Source: Sphingomonadaceae bacterium (GTDB taxonomy: Bacteria; Chloroflexota; UBA6077). Taken from it: a stretch of 64,000 bases of DNA. Below the pieces are notes generated by a model. It searched no databases. It was not told where the DNA came from and saw only the letters and a list, made by a program, of their open reading frames with translations. The stretch covers positions 62,001-126,000 of the forward strand of contig JBLNDL010000078.1 in the NCBI GenBank assembly GCA_050261575.1, in the 5' to 3' direction. Of this stretch, positions 45,903 to 53,879 are shown in pieces. The number at the start of each line of letters is the position of its first letter. Position 1 is the stretch's first letter. The translations under genes were made by a program, and so were the position numbers.

Positions 45903-46946
45903 ATGTCCGCTTCCCGGGCCCCATCCCCGACCGTCTCCCTCTGCATGATCGTGAAGAACGAGGAGCGTTGGCTGGCCAGTTGCCTGGAGAGCGTACGAGG
46001 GGTGGTGGACGAGATGGTGGTGGTGGACACCGGGTCCAACGATGCCACCCTCGAGATCGCGCGCTCTTTCGGCGCCAGGGTCTTCTCCCATCGCTGGCAA
46101 GGCGACTTCGCGGTTGCTCGAAACGAGTCGCTCCTCCACGCCACCGGGGATTGGGCACTGGTCCTGGACGCCGACGAGGAGCTGGAACGCGGCGCTGGCA
46201 CGCTGCTCCGGGGGCTGATCGACCGGCCGGAGGTAGAAGGGTACCAGGTGAGAGTGAGGAGTCTGCTCCCCGCCGGGGACCTGCTCTGCCACGAGGACAT
46301 TCACCTCACCAGGCTCTTTCGGCGCCGTCCTCAGTATCGCTACGAGCAAGCCATACACGAGCAGATTCGTCCCGCCATCGAGCGGCAGGGCGGCCTGGTG
46401 GTGGAGACCAGCGAGATCACCATCGTTCACCACGGCTACGCCCAGCCGATCGCTCAGGGCGGTGAACGCAGGGCAGTCCGAAACCTGGGGTTGCTAGAGG
46501 CGGCCGTTTCCCGATCCCCCGGCGACCCCTACCTCTGGTACCAACTGGGCGCGACCTACAAGTCGCTGGGCGACAACGAGAAGGCCGAGCAGGCCCTGCG
46601 CGCCGTCCTGGGGATGGACTGGGAGGGCCTCGGAAGCGGGCTGGTCGACAAGCTACACCAGAAGCTGGCGCAACTGGCACTGGGTAGGCAGGATTACCCT
46701 GCGGCTCTTCGCCACGCTCGAGAGAGCCTCGCGCGGAACCCGGAGAACCTGGCCTCGATGTACGTGGCAGGGCTCGCCTGCATCTTCCAGCACGACCTCC
46801 ACGGGGGGTACGACTACTTCGCGCGCCTCCGCGCCAAAGGGGCAGGCAACCTGGTGGACACCGCAGACCTGGATCGAGTTCTGGCATTCTGCCGGGAGCG
46901 CCTGGGGCTCCGCCGCCAACCCGATAGTGAAGCTGGCGAGAGCTAG
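45903..46946 (+). CDS. GT2 glycosyltransferase with TPR repeats
   Basis: SLCMIVKNEE, VDTGSND, LDADE, IHEQ, HHGY; TPRs. Confidence 0.9.
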   Translation: MSASRAPSPTVSLCMIVKNEERWLASCLESVRGVVDEMVVVDTGSNDATLEIARSFGARVFSHRWQGDFAVARNESLLHATGDWALVLDADEELERGAGTLLRGLIDRPEVEGYQVRVRSLLPAGDLLCHEDIHLTRLFRRRPQYRYEQAIHEQIRPAIERQGGLVVETSEITIVHHGYAQPIAQGGERRAVRNLGLLEAAVSRSPGDPYLWYQLGATYKSLGDNEKAEQALRAVLGMDWEGLGSGLVDKLHQKLAQLALGRQDYPAALRHARESLARNPENLASMYVAGLACIFQHDLHGGYDYFARLRAKGAGNLVDTADLDRVLAFCRERLGLRRQPDSEAGES

Positions 46947-46960
46947 AGATACCTGCCTAG
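46920..46960 (-). repeat. Half copy of the 74-bp element (copy E), overlapping the GT2 stop codon
   Basis: Reverse complement CTAGGCAGGTATCTCTAGCTCTCGCCAGCTTCACT matches the first ~40 nt of copy C. Confidence 0.7.
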
Positions 46961-47003
46961 CTCCCGCGAGGGCACCAAGACTGCGGACGCGAAACCGTGA
47001 AGC

Positions 47004-47246
47004 TCAGCCTCCGGCTCTGCGGACACGGAGGCTGCCGGCCAGCCGGAGCGGCAGCTTCGCCTGGGTTCCCGCGGCCAGCCGGTTCTCCCGCTCCACCTCG
47101 TCCCGCAACTCCTTGCGCAGCACTTGGACGTCGCGGGGCGCCTGGATACCCAGGCGCACGTGATCGCCGCTCACATCCAGGACCGTGAGCTCGATATCGC
47201 CGCCGATGTTGATAGCCTCCCCGCTGCGCCGAGTGAGGATCAGCAT
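47004..47246 (-). CDS. csrA: Carbon storage regulator / translational repressor
   Basis: MLILTRR.GE.I.IG, VRLGIQAP..V.V.RKE..EN (FliW-regulated type with C-terminal extension). Confidence 0.95.
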   Translation of the reverse strand: MLILTRRSGEAINIGGDIELTVLDVSGDHVRLGIQAPRDVQVLRKELRDEVERENRLAAGTQAKLPLRLAGSLRVRRAGG

Positions 47247-47767
47247 CTGACCACCTCGCGAGCGGCGCTAGGCCCCGCGACACGACCCTCTTGGCCGGCC
47301 TCGTGCGCCTCGCCACCCGCCAGGACGATGCGCCCATCTTCGGTGACGGACAGGGGGTGGTGGACCGAGTAGCAGCTCCGCTGGGGGATCAATTGAGCGC
47401 CCAGCCGCCTGGCCGGGTTGAGTGCCACCGGAGCCCTCAGGTTAGCGCCCGCCGGAACGCCTTCCGGCGACAGGGTCACTACGCACAGCAACTCAGGGCG
47501 CTCCCCGCGCTTGAGCTCCAACAGATCCCTATCGTCGCGAGCCAGTTGCGCCTCGTACCCCGGCTTCAGCAAGAGAGGATCCACGAGGACGAAACCAACC
47601 TCAGGGTCGTCCACGGACTGGAGCAGGAAGAGGGGAAGCTCCAGATGGAAGAGGGCGTATCGGGTGAACTCTTCGAAGCCCACCATCCCCCTTGGAAACT
47701 CCAGCAAGTCCTCCTCCGGGACCTCGACTCGCTCCTCGCTCTCCCCCAGGACGACTGTCACCTGCAT
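47240..47767 (-). CDS. fliW: Flagellar assembly factor, CsrA antagonist
   Basis: FPRGMVGFE, LQS.DDP..F...DP, ANLRAP..N. Confidence 0.92.
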   Translation of the reverse strand: MQVTVVLGESEERVEVPEEDLLEFPRGMVGFEEFTRYALFHLELPLFLLQSVDDPEVGFVLVDPLLLKPGYEAQLARDDRDLLELKRGERPELLCVVTLSPEGVPAGANLRAPVALNPARRLGAQLIPQRSCYSVHHPLSVTEDGRIVLAGGEAHEAGQEGRVAGPSAAREVVRC

Positions 47768-47905
47768 GTGGAACCTCCGGCACGAGCAATCAACTTTCGG
47801 CGGTCAGCTTTCAGAACCAAGCGCTGGTACACCAACAAGATGGTTTTCACATGGGGCGGCGGGAGACGAACCCCGCGCTACTATCGGAACCAGATTGGCG
47901 GAGTG

Positions 47906-47979
47906 CCAAGCAGGTATCTCAAGCTCATGTCACCTGTTCTGGGAGGAAACGTGCACTCTATATGGAGATGCCCGCTCAG
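47906..47979 (+). repeat. 74-bp palindromic dispersed element, copy F (overlaps flgL stop)
   Basis: CCAAGCAGGTATCTCAAGCTCATGTC...GGAAACGTG...GGAGATGCCCGCTCAG. Confidence 0.88.
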
Positions 47980-48872
47980 CGGAGGAAGTCGAGGAGGCTT
48001 GGCTGAATCACCCGAGCGCCGATGTTCAGCGCGGCCCGGTAGACGCTCTCCTGCATCATCAGCTTCGTCATCACCTCGGCAACGTCGGCATCCTGCTCCC
48101 TGGAGAGCATCACGGCCACGTTGCTCTGCAATCCCTTGATGGCACTCTCGGTCTCATCTATCCGCTGCATCCTGGCCCCCACGAGCCCCCGGATGGACGG
48201 CATCTCCTCCAGAGCCGTCGTCAGTTGCCCCAACTGGGCCGAGGTCACCTTGTTGCCACTCAGTAGTTGGTCCCTGATGTCCAGCATCGCCTGCAGGCCG
48301 TCGATGATGGGTGTATCACCGCCCACGGTCGAGTCGCCGGTGATGTTGATCCCGAGCCTGATGCCTGCCGAGATCTCCCGTTCGATCGAGCCAGAGTCGC
48401 CGTTGTAGACGATGGTAACCCCTGAGATCTCGAATGGGGGAGAGCCGGGGCCGACCTGGAACCCGGCGAAGAGGTACTTCCCTCCGTGGCTGGCATTCGC
48501 CGCCTCGAGCGCCTCCTGCAGGTAGCTGTCCACCTGCGCGCCCAGAGCCCGCAGAGCGTCGTCGTCAAGGGTATCGGTTGAACCCCGCAGCGCGACATCC
48601 CTAGCCTGTCTGAGTGCGGTGCTCATCTGGTCGAGCGCGGTGTCGGTGGCCTCCAACCAGCCCCGAGCCGAGGAGATGTTGCGGAGGTACTGCGTATACT
48701 GGGCTGACGTGGTCCTCAACGAGAGGGCGCGGCTTACCGCCTGGGGATCGTCCGAGGGCCGTCTCAGCCTCATCCCCGAGGAGAGCTGGTCCTGGAGCCT
48801 CGCCAGGTTCTCCGAGTTGAGGTTGATGTTCTGGCGGAGGTTCTCCACCATCATTCGGCTCGTCACTCTCAT
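47976..48872 (-). CDS. flgL: Hook-associated protein 3
   Basis: MRVT, LSSG..RPSDDP, YLFAG, QPSLLDFLR. Confidence 0.95.
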   Translation of the reverse strand: MRVTSRMMVENLRQNINLNSENLARLQDQLSSGMRLRRPSDDPQAVSRALSLRTTSAQYTQYLRNISSARGWLEATDTALDQMSTALRQARDVALRGSTDTLDDDALRALGAQVDSYLQEALEAANASHGGKYLFAGFQVGPGSPPFEISGVTIVYNGDSGSIEREISAGIRLGINITGDSTVGGDTPIIDGLQAMLDIRDQLLSGNKVTSAQLGQLTTALEEMPSIRGLVGARMQRIDETESAIKGLQSNVAVMLSREQDADVAEVMTKLMMQESVYRAALNIGARVIQPSLLDFLR

Positions 48873-48893
48873 GCCAACACCCACCAAGAAGGA

Positions 48894-50390
48894 CTACCGC
48901 CCAACGATGCCCACCCCAGTGACGAGCTGCTCCAGCAGCTCGTCCATGGCGTTCATCACCCGAGCGGCCGCCTGGTAGGCCCGCTCGAAGCGGATGACGT
49001 TGGCGGCCTCTTCGTCCAGGGACACCCCGGAGAAGGACTCGCGGTTCTTCGTCAGGCGATCCACCAGCAACCCCTGATTCGTTTTCATGTCCACCGCCTG
49101 CTGCCCATCGATGCCCAATTGCGCGATCATAGCGCGGTACCAATCGCCGATGGTGGTCGCACGGCCATCGATGGTAACCATTTGGCTCTGTAAGGCGCTC
49201 GCAATCGCACCTGCCTGGTCACCGTTGCCGGGCTGGCCGGCCGCCGAAGCCGCCCCGACCTTGTTTGCATTGGCCAGCAGGGTTGGGTTGACCTGGATGT
49301 CGGCGGCACCGGTGCTGGGGTTGACCCCGTCACCGAAGAACGGCAGTCCCGTGGTGCCGTCGAGGCCGTGACCGCCAGCGTGCAAGCCGTTGACCAGGTC
49401 GATGATGGCCTCAGCCAGCGCGTTCAGCCGGTTGGCGATACCGCCGGTGTGGCCGACGTCGAGCATCTCGTCCCGCAGTTCCAACAACCCCTTCAACTCG
49501 CCGTCCTGCACGATGGCATCCGCACCATCCATCGTCGCGATGTCGCCATCCAAGTCCCAGACCGGGGCACCCATGCTCTGGTGCAGCAGGTAGCGGCGGG
49601 TATCGGCCTGCACCAGGATCTGAGGGCTTGCAGGGTCGCCCAGCCAGACGGTGACGGTACCGTCGCTCTCCTCCCGGTAGCCCACCTTCAAAGTCCGCGA
49701 CAGCTTGTCCAACAGTAGGTCGCGCCTGTCCCGGAGATCGTTCGCCTGGGCTTTCGCCACCTTGACGTTGGGATCGAAGTCGCTGGCGACTTGCGCCTCC
49801 ACCGCGCCGATCTGCTTGTTCAGGCTGGCGATCTCCGCCAACCAGTCGTTCACCTGCCTGAGATTCGCCTCGATCTCTTCGTCGGCCTGCGAGCGGAGAC
49901 CCTGCAGCAGTCCGTAGTCTCGTTGGATCACGCTCGCTAGGACAGTTGCGCTCTCAACCACAGAGACCCTGGCGGCGTAGCTCTCAGGGTTGCTGGCCAG
50001 GTCCTGCCATGCCTTCCAGAACTTGGTGAGCAGATTGTTTACCCCCTCGTCCGACGGTTCGTTGAATACGACCTCGATCTGCTCGATGTAGTCCTGTCTG
50101 GTTTCCCAGTATCCCAAGGAGCCCACCTGGCTGCGAACCTGGCTGTCCAGGAAGGTGTCCCGGAGGCGGCGAATCATCGCCACATCCACACCGGTGCCCA
50201 ACTGGCCGGCCTGTCCTGCCACGGCAGCGATCGGAGTGGGAAAGGGGCGACCCGCCACCATATCGGCTTCCTGGCGCGTGTAGCCCTCGGTATTCGCGTT
50301 TGCCACGTTGTGAGCGGTGATCTCCAGCGCCCTCTGTTGGGCCGTCAAAGCGCTCAACGCGATGTTCAGTCCGAAGAAGGTCGACGTCAT
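48894..50390 (-). CDS. flgK: Hook-associated protein 1
   Basis: HNVANANTEGYTRQ, LGTGV, NDLRDRRD, SGVSLDEE..YQAAAR. Confidence 0.96.
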   Translation of the reverse strand: MTSTFFGLNIALSALTAQQRALEITAHNVANANTEGYTRQEADMVAGRPFPTPIAAVAGQAGQLGTGVDVAMIRRLRDTFLDSQVRSQVGSLGYWETRQDYIEQIEVVFNEPSDEGVNNLLTKFWKAWQDLASNPESYAARVSVVESATVLASVIQRDYGLLQGLRSQADEEIEANLRQVNDWLAEIASLNKQIGAVEAQVASDFDPNVKVAKAQANDLRDRRDLLLDKLSRTLKVGYREESDGTVTVWLGDPASPQILVQADTRRYLLHQSMGAPVWDLDGDIATMDGADAIVQDGELKGLLELRDEMLDVGHTGGIANRLNALAEAIIDLVNGLHAGGHGLDGTTGLPFFGDGVNPSTGAADIQVNPTLLANANKVGAASAAGQPGNGDQAGAIASALQSQMVTIDGRATTIGDWYRAMIAQLGIDGQQAVDMKTNQGLLVDRLTKNRESFSGVSLDEEAANVIRFERAYQAAARVMNAMDELLEQLVTGVGIVGR

Positions 50391-50402
50391 CGTGTCGTAT
50401 CC

Positions 50403-50939
50403 TCAGACATGGCAATCCACCGCCAGGGTACCTTCCACGGCGAAATGCTGCCGCCCGCTTCGTGTGTAGGTGTCACCCGACGCGATGGCATGCCGAAGCT
50501 GGCGTAAAGAGTCCCGAACCGTCTCCAGCGACTTGCGCATCAGGAGGAGGTTGTTCTCGTTGCTTTCCTTCAGCTTCGCCACCGATTCCGCCACCCTGCG
50601 GCGGATCTCCAGCAGTTCCTCCCCCTCCTGGCCGCCGAGGCGACAGGCGAGAGATACGAGGGACGCGTCCGTGGGAAGCCCTAACCGCACCGCCAGGTTG
50701 AGGGCGATCCCGCGACGCATCTGCTCTAGTCGCTCCATCTGCTCCATTAGGCCGCCCTTGTCTCGGGTGGCCTTCTCCAATAGATCCACCCGTCCCTGCA
50801 GCACCGAGGCCCGCTCGGTGGCCGAGAGTTCCAGCAGCCTGATGCAGATCTGCTCCTGCTCACGCATGACCTCTATTAGCTCGGTGCACCGGCCGGCGCA
50901 CGGAGCCGTGGATGACTCTGTCAACTGCTTGGTGGTCAT
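50403..50939 (-). CDS. flgN: Flagellar export chaperone
   Basis: Helical protein with NENN.LL and Y..SG; position between flgM and flgK. Confidence 0.8.
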   Translation of the reverse strand: MTTKQLTESSTAPCAGRCTELIEVMREQEQICIRLLELSATERASVLQGRVDLLEKATRDKGGLMEQMERLEQMRRGIALNLAVRLGLPTDASLVSLACRLGGQEGEELLEIRRRVAESVAKLKESNENNLLLMRKSLETVRDSLRQLRHAIASGDTYTRSGRQHFAVEGTLAVDCHV

Positions 50940-51229
50940 CTCGTCCTCGATGCCAGGATCGCCTTGGCTATCTCCTCGAAGGACGGATGGTATCTCCCCT
51001 GTTCGATGGCGGCGCGCAGGCGGGCCACCTTCTCCTCGCGTACGTCCGTAGAATCCCTGACCGCCTCGCCCAGCCTTTGCAGCAACTGGCCGCGATCCGA
51101 GATCACCGCCTCATCCGATCCTGACCGGCGGTGGGAATCCCCACGCACCCTTCGCTGCACTAGGTCGTATAGCTTTTGCGAGTCGCGGATGACACCGGAA
51201 CTAGTTGCATTGCTGCCGGAGATATCCAT
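50936..51229 (-). CDS. flgM: Anti-sigma-28 factor
   Basis: DEAVIS..DVREEKVARLRAAIEQGRY..IAKAIL. Confidence 0.9.
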   Translation of the reverse strand: MDISGSNATSSGVIRDSQKLYDLVQRRVRGDSHRRSGSDEAVISDRGQLLQRLGEAVRDSTDVREEKVARLRAAIEQGRYHPSFEEIAKAILASRTR

Positions 51230-51279
51230 ACCGTTTCACCCCCGCAGGACTGCCTTGGCCTGCCTGGCCACATCAGTAA

Positions 51280-51306
51280 TATTCGGCACGCATCATCAGA
51301 ACTTGA
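51280..51306 (-). promoter_or_regulatory. sigma-28 promoter of flgM operon
   Basis: TCAA-15 nt-GCCGAATA. Confidence 0.7.
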
Positions 51307-51316
51307 GAGTTGGCCG

Positions 51317-52099
51317 CTACACCACGCGGCCGACCTCGTTGACTGCCTTGCCCAGCAGTTCGTCTTGCGCCTGCAGCATCCTCTGGCTGGCCTGATAGGC
51401 ACGCACCAGCGACACCAGATCGCTCATCGCCGAGACCGCGTCAACGTTCGATGCCTCCAGATACCCCTGCTTGACCACAGTCCCTGTGGCTGCCGTCGGC
51501 GGAACGCCGTTGGGATCGTCGAGGACGTAGTACTCCAGGCCGACCTTCGCCAGCCTCGTCCCGGGGAGGAACTCCACCACCGAGAGGGTCGCAGCGGGCA
51601 CGTCGCCGGTGAGAATGGTCCCATCGGCAGAAATGGACACCTCGCCATCCCCCAGCACGATCTCCTGCCCATCGGCATCGAGAACGGGGTAGCCCTCAGC
51701 GGTCACCAGGCGCCTCTCGGCATCCGTGTACAGCGCCCCCCCTCTGGAGAAGAGGATTCCGTCGGGAGTCGCCACCTGCAAGAACCCATCCCCCTGCAGT
51801 GCCACGTCCAGCGGACGGCGCGTCTCCTCCAGGCGCCCCTGGCGGAAGTCCACGGACACCCTGTCGATGGCCGTATGGACGCCCAGCGACCCGATGACGT
51901 CGGTCGATATCGCCTGCTCCAGCCGGGTTCGCGCCAGCCCCCTCTCGACACGACCCAGGGCGGCAGAGAAACCGTCGACAGCAGCAGACTCCTGTTTGTA
52001 CCCGGGAGTACCCAGGTTGCCCAGGTTCCTGGCCAGCACCTCCTGCCTGGCAAGGTGTGCCTTCATGGCCGACATGGCGGTTTGTACCCCTCGTATCAT
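51317..52099 (-). CDS. Flagellar basal-body rod protein FlgF/FlgG (FlhO-like)
   Basis: MIRG, NLGN..TPGYK, LDVALQGDGF, LEASNVD, KAVNEVGRV. Confidence 0.9.
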   Translation of the reverse strand: MIRGVQTAMSAMKAHLARQEVLARNLGNLGTPGYKQESAAVDGFSAALGRVERGLARTRLEQAISTDVIGSLGVHTAIDRVSVDFRQGRLEETRRPLDVALQGDGFLQVATPDGILFSRGGALYTDAERRLVTAEGYPVLDADGQEIVLGDGEVSISADGTILTGDVPAATLSVVEFLPGTRLAKVGLEYYVLDDPNGVPPTAATGTVVKQGYLEASNVDAVSAMSDLVSLVRAYQASQRMLQAQDELLGKAVNEVGRVV

Positions 52100-52105
52100 C
52101 GCCGT

Positions 52106-52879
52106 TCACTCCTCGGTTCGACGCCAGGACTGCATCTGCGCCCTGAGGCGCAGCACTGCCCGTGTATGGAGTTGGCAAACCCGGGATTCCGACACCCCCA
52201 TGACCCGGCTGATCTCCCGCATCGTCAACTCCTCCTTGTAGTAGAGCGCCAACAGAAGCCTCTCCCGCTCACTCAAGTTGGAGATCGCTTCGGCAAGGGA
52301 GTCCAGCAGCCCCCGCCTCTCGGCGAGGGAGACAGGATCGGGGCTGTTGGTGTCCTCCAGCGTCGACAGCAGGCTGCCAGCCTCGCCATCCCCATCACCC
52401 ACCAGCATGGCGTCCAGCGAAATCGTGGCAGGTCCGACCTCGGTCAACAGCTTGCGGTAGCTGTCCACGCTCAGCCCCAGTTTGTCGGCAACCTCATCGT
52501 CTGTGGGCAACCGGCCCAGAGCCATCTGGAGGCTGGTCATGGCCTTCTCTATCTCCCTGGCTCGTTGCCGTACCGAGCGGGAGAACACATCGAGTGACCT
52601 GAGCTGGTCGAGGATCGCACCTCTGATGCAGGTCACCGCGTAGTTCTCGAAAGGCACGCCGCGCCCGGGATCGTAGTGCTCGACCGCCCGGATCAACCCT
52701 ACCATGCCGGAACTCAGCACGTCATCCATATCGAGGACCGGTGGCAAGGCGATCGAGAGCCTGCCCGCGACGTACTTGACCAGAGGTGCGTACTTCAGGA
52801 TTATGGCCTCTCTCGCTGCTCGATCTCCTCTACCACAGTGAGCCTGCCAGAGATCCTCGGTCACCGCTGTAGCCGCCAC
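52106..52879 (-). CDS. fliA: RNA polymerase sigma-28 factor (FliA/WhiG family)
   Basis: YAPLVKYVAGR, IRGAILDQLR, YY.EELT.REI..V.GVSESRVCQLH. Confidence 0.95.
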   Translation of the reverse strand: MAATAVTEDLWQAHCGRGDRAAREAIILKYAPLVKYVAGRLSIALPPVLDMDDVLSSGMVGLIRAVEHYDPGRGVPFENYAVTCIRGAILDQLRSLDVFSRSVRQRAREIEKAMTSLQMALGRLPTDDEVADKLGLSVDSYRKLLTEVGPATISLDAMLVGDGDGEAGSLLSTLEDTNSPDPVSLAERRGLLDSLAEAISNLSERERLLLALYYKEELTMREISRVMGVSESRVCQLHTRAVLRLRAQMQSWRRTEE

Positions 52880-52952
52880 TCCATCACCTCCCTTCTACGT
52901 CGATAACACGCCATCGACACCCGCCCTCTCTCGGCTCCGGCTGCACGATGGC

Positions 52953-53159
52953 CTACTCCTCTGGAGACTCGGACGGCCTCGACCACTCGCGTGTCACCAG
53001 ACCGGCGAACACGCCGAGCATGGCAATGAGAACCAGCCCCGTGAGTCCCCGCAGGACTGCGGTTGTGGGAGGAAGACCTCGCAACAGGGCGAGTGCGTTC
53101 AGGGCGAAGAACACGCCCAGCCCCAGGTAGAGTGATAACGCCACCAACACCCTGCTCAT
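52953..53159 (-). CDS. Small hypothetical membrane protein (2 TM)
   Basis: 68 aa, two hydrophobic segments, GGAGG RBS, fills the gap in the operon. Confidence 0.6.
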   Translation of the reverse strand: MSRVLVALSLYLGLGVFFALNALALLRGLPPTTAVLRGLTGLVLIAMLGVFAGLVTREWSRPSESPEE

Positions 53160-53169
53160 TCGGCGCCTC

Positions 53170-53859
53170 CTACAGCAATCCTCTCCTTCGGAGCAACTGC
53201 TGCTGATGCAGGACGAAACGAATCACCCTGTCCTGCTGATCTTCGGGCAACTCGACGAAGGACACCCCTATCTTCCACTTCTTCACACCACCCAGGTCCA
53301 TCTCGGTGCATCGGACGGCCTCGGCGTCGGCGACGAGGCGCCCGAACCCATCGGGAAGCCGAACCTTCAGCCGCACCGAGCTACCGATGGGCAATGGCCG
53401 CCGACACACCATCCCCAATCCACCGGCGCTGATGTTCACGACTAGCGTGGAGCGCTTGTCCGGAGGGTTTCCCAACTCGGGATCCACCACCATGTCGACC
53501 GGCTCCATGCAGGCATCCACCCGCACGTGGGACCGTCGCTCGTCCCTCCTCACCTCCCCCACTTCTCGCAGGACGAGGAACGGGATCCGGCCGTCGGTCA
53601 GGGCAGCGACCACCGCACTGAAGTTGTAGCGCACGCCACCCCTGTTGAAGTGGACCGAGACCCGCGTGTCGACGTTCAGGGCGACCAAGGACCTCGCCTT
53701 CGTCGGCGTCGACACCACGATGGCATCCTCCAGCACATCCTCGATGCGACTCGGATACCCTTCCCTCCGGCCCCTTCCCAGGTCCTCGGGAGCCTCCGGC
53801 ACGATAGTGATCAACTGTCCAACGGGCAGGAGTCGTGACGCCAGTCGGGCCTTACCCAC
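53170..53859 (-). CDS. PilZ-domain flagellar brake (YcgR/DgrA-like)
   Basis: ERRSHVR (RxxxR) and NISAGG ([D/N]xSxxG) c-di-GMP motifs; N-terminal YcgR-like domain. Confidence 0.88.
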   Translation of the reverse strand: MGKARLASRLLPVGQLITIVPEAPEDLGRGRREGYPSRIEDVLEDAIVVSTPTKARSLVALNVDTRVSVHFNRGGVRYNFSAVVAALTDGRIPFLVLREVGEVRRDERRSHVRVDACMEPVDMVVDPELGNPPDKRSTLVVNISAGGLGMVCRRPLPIGSSVRLKVRLPDGFGRLVADAEAVRCTEMDLGGVKKWKIGVSFVELPEDQQDRVIRFVLHQQQLLRRRGLL

Positions 53860-53879
53860 TTACACACCTCCTTGCCCCA

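Noticed and set aside
47793..47907. Possible sigma-28 promoters for fliW (GCCGAAAG, TCCGATAG) and for cheA (TCCGATAC near 31790)
   Set aside because: -10-like boxes lack a TAAA-like -35 at 15-16 nt spacing
6051..47979. 74-bp elements as CRISPR repeats, integron attC sites or simple terminators
   Set aside because: They are kilobases apart in both orientations, lack RYYYAAC/GTTRRRY ends and U tracts, and share a conserved 38-nt core; one lies mid-operon between fliE and fliF
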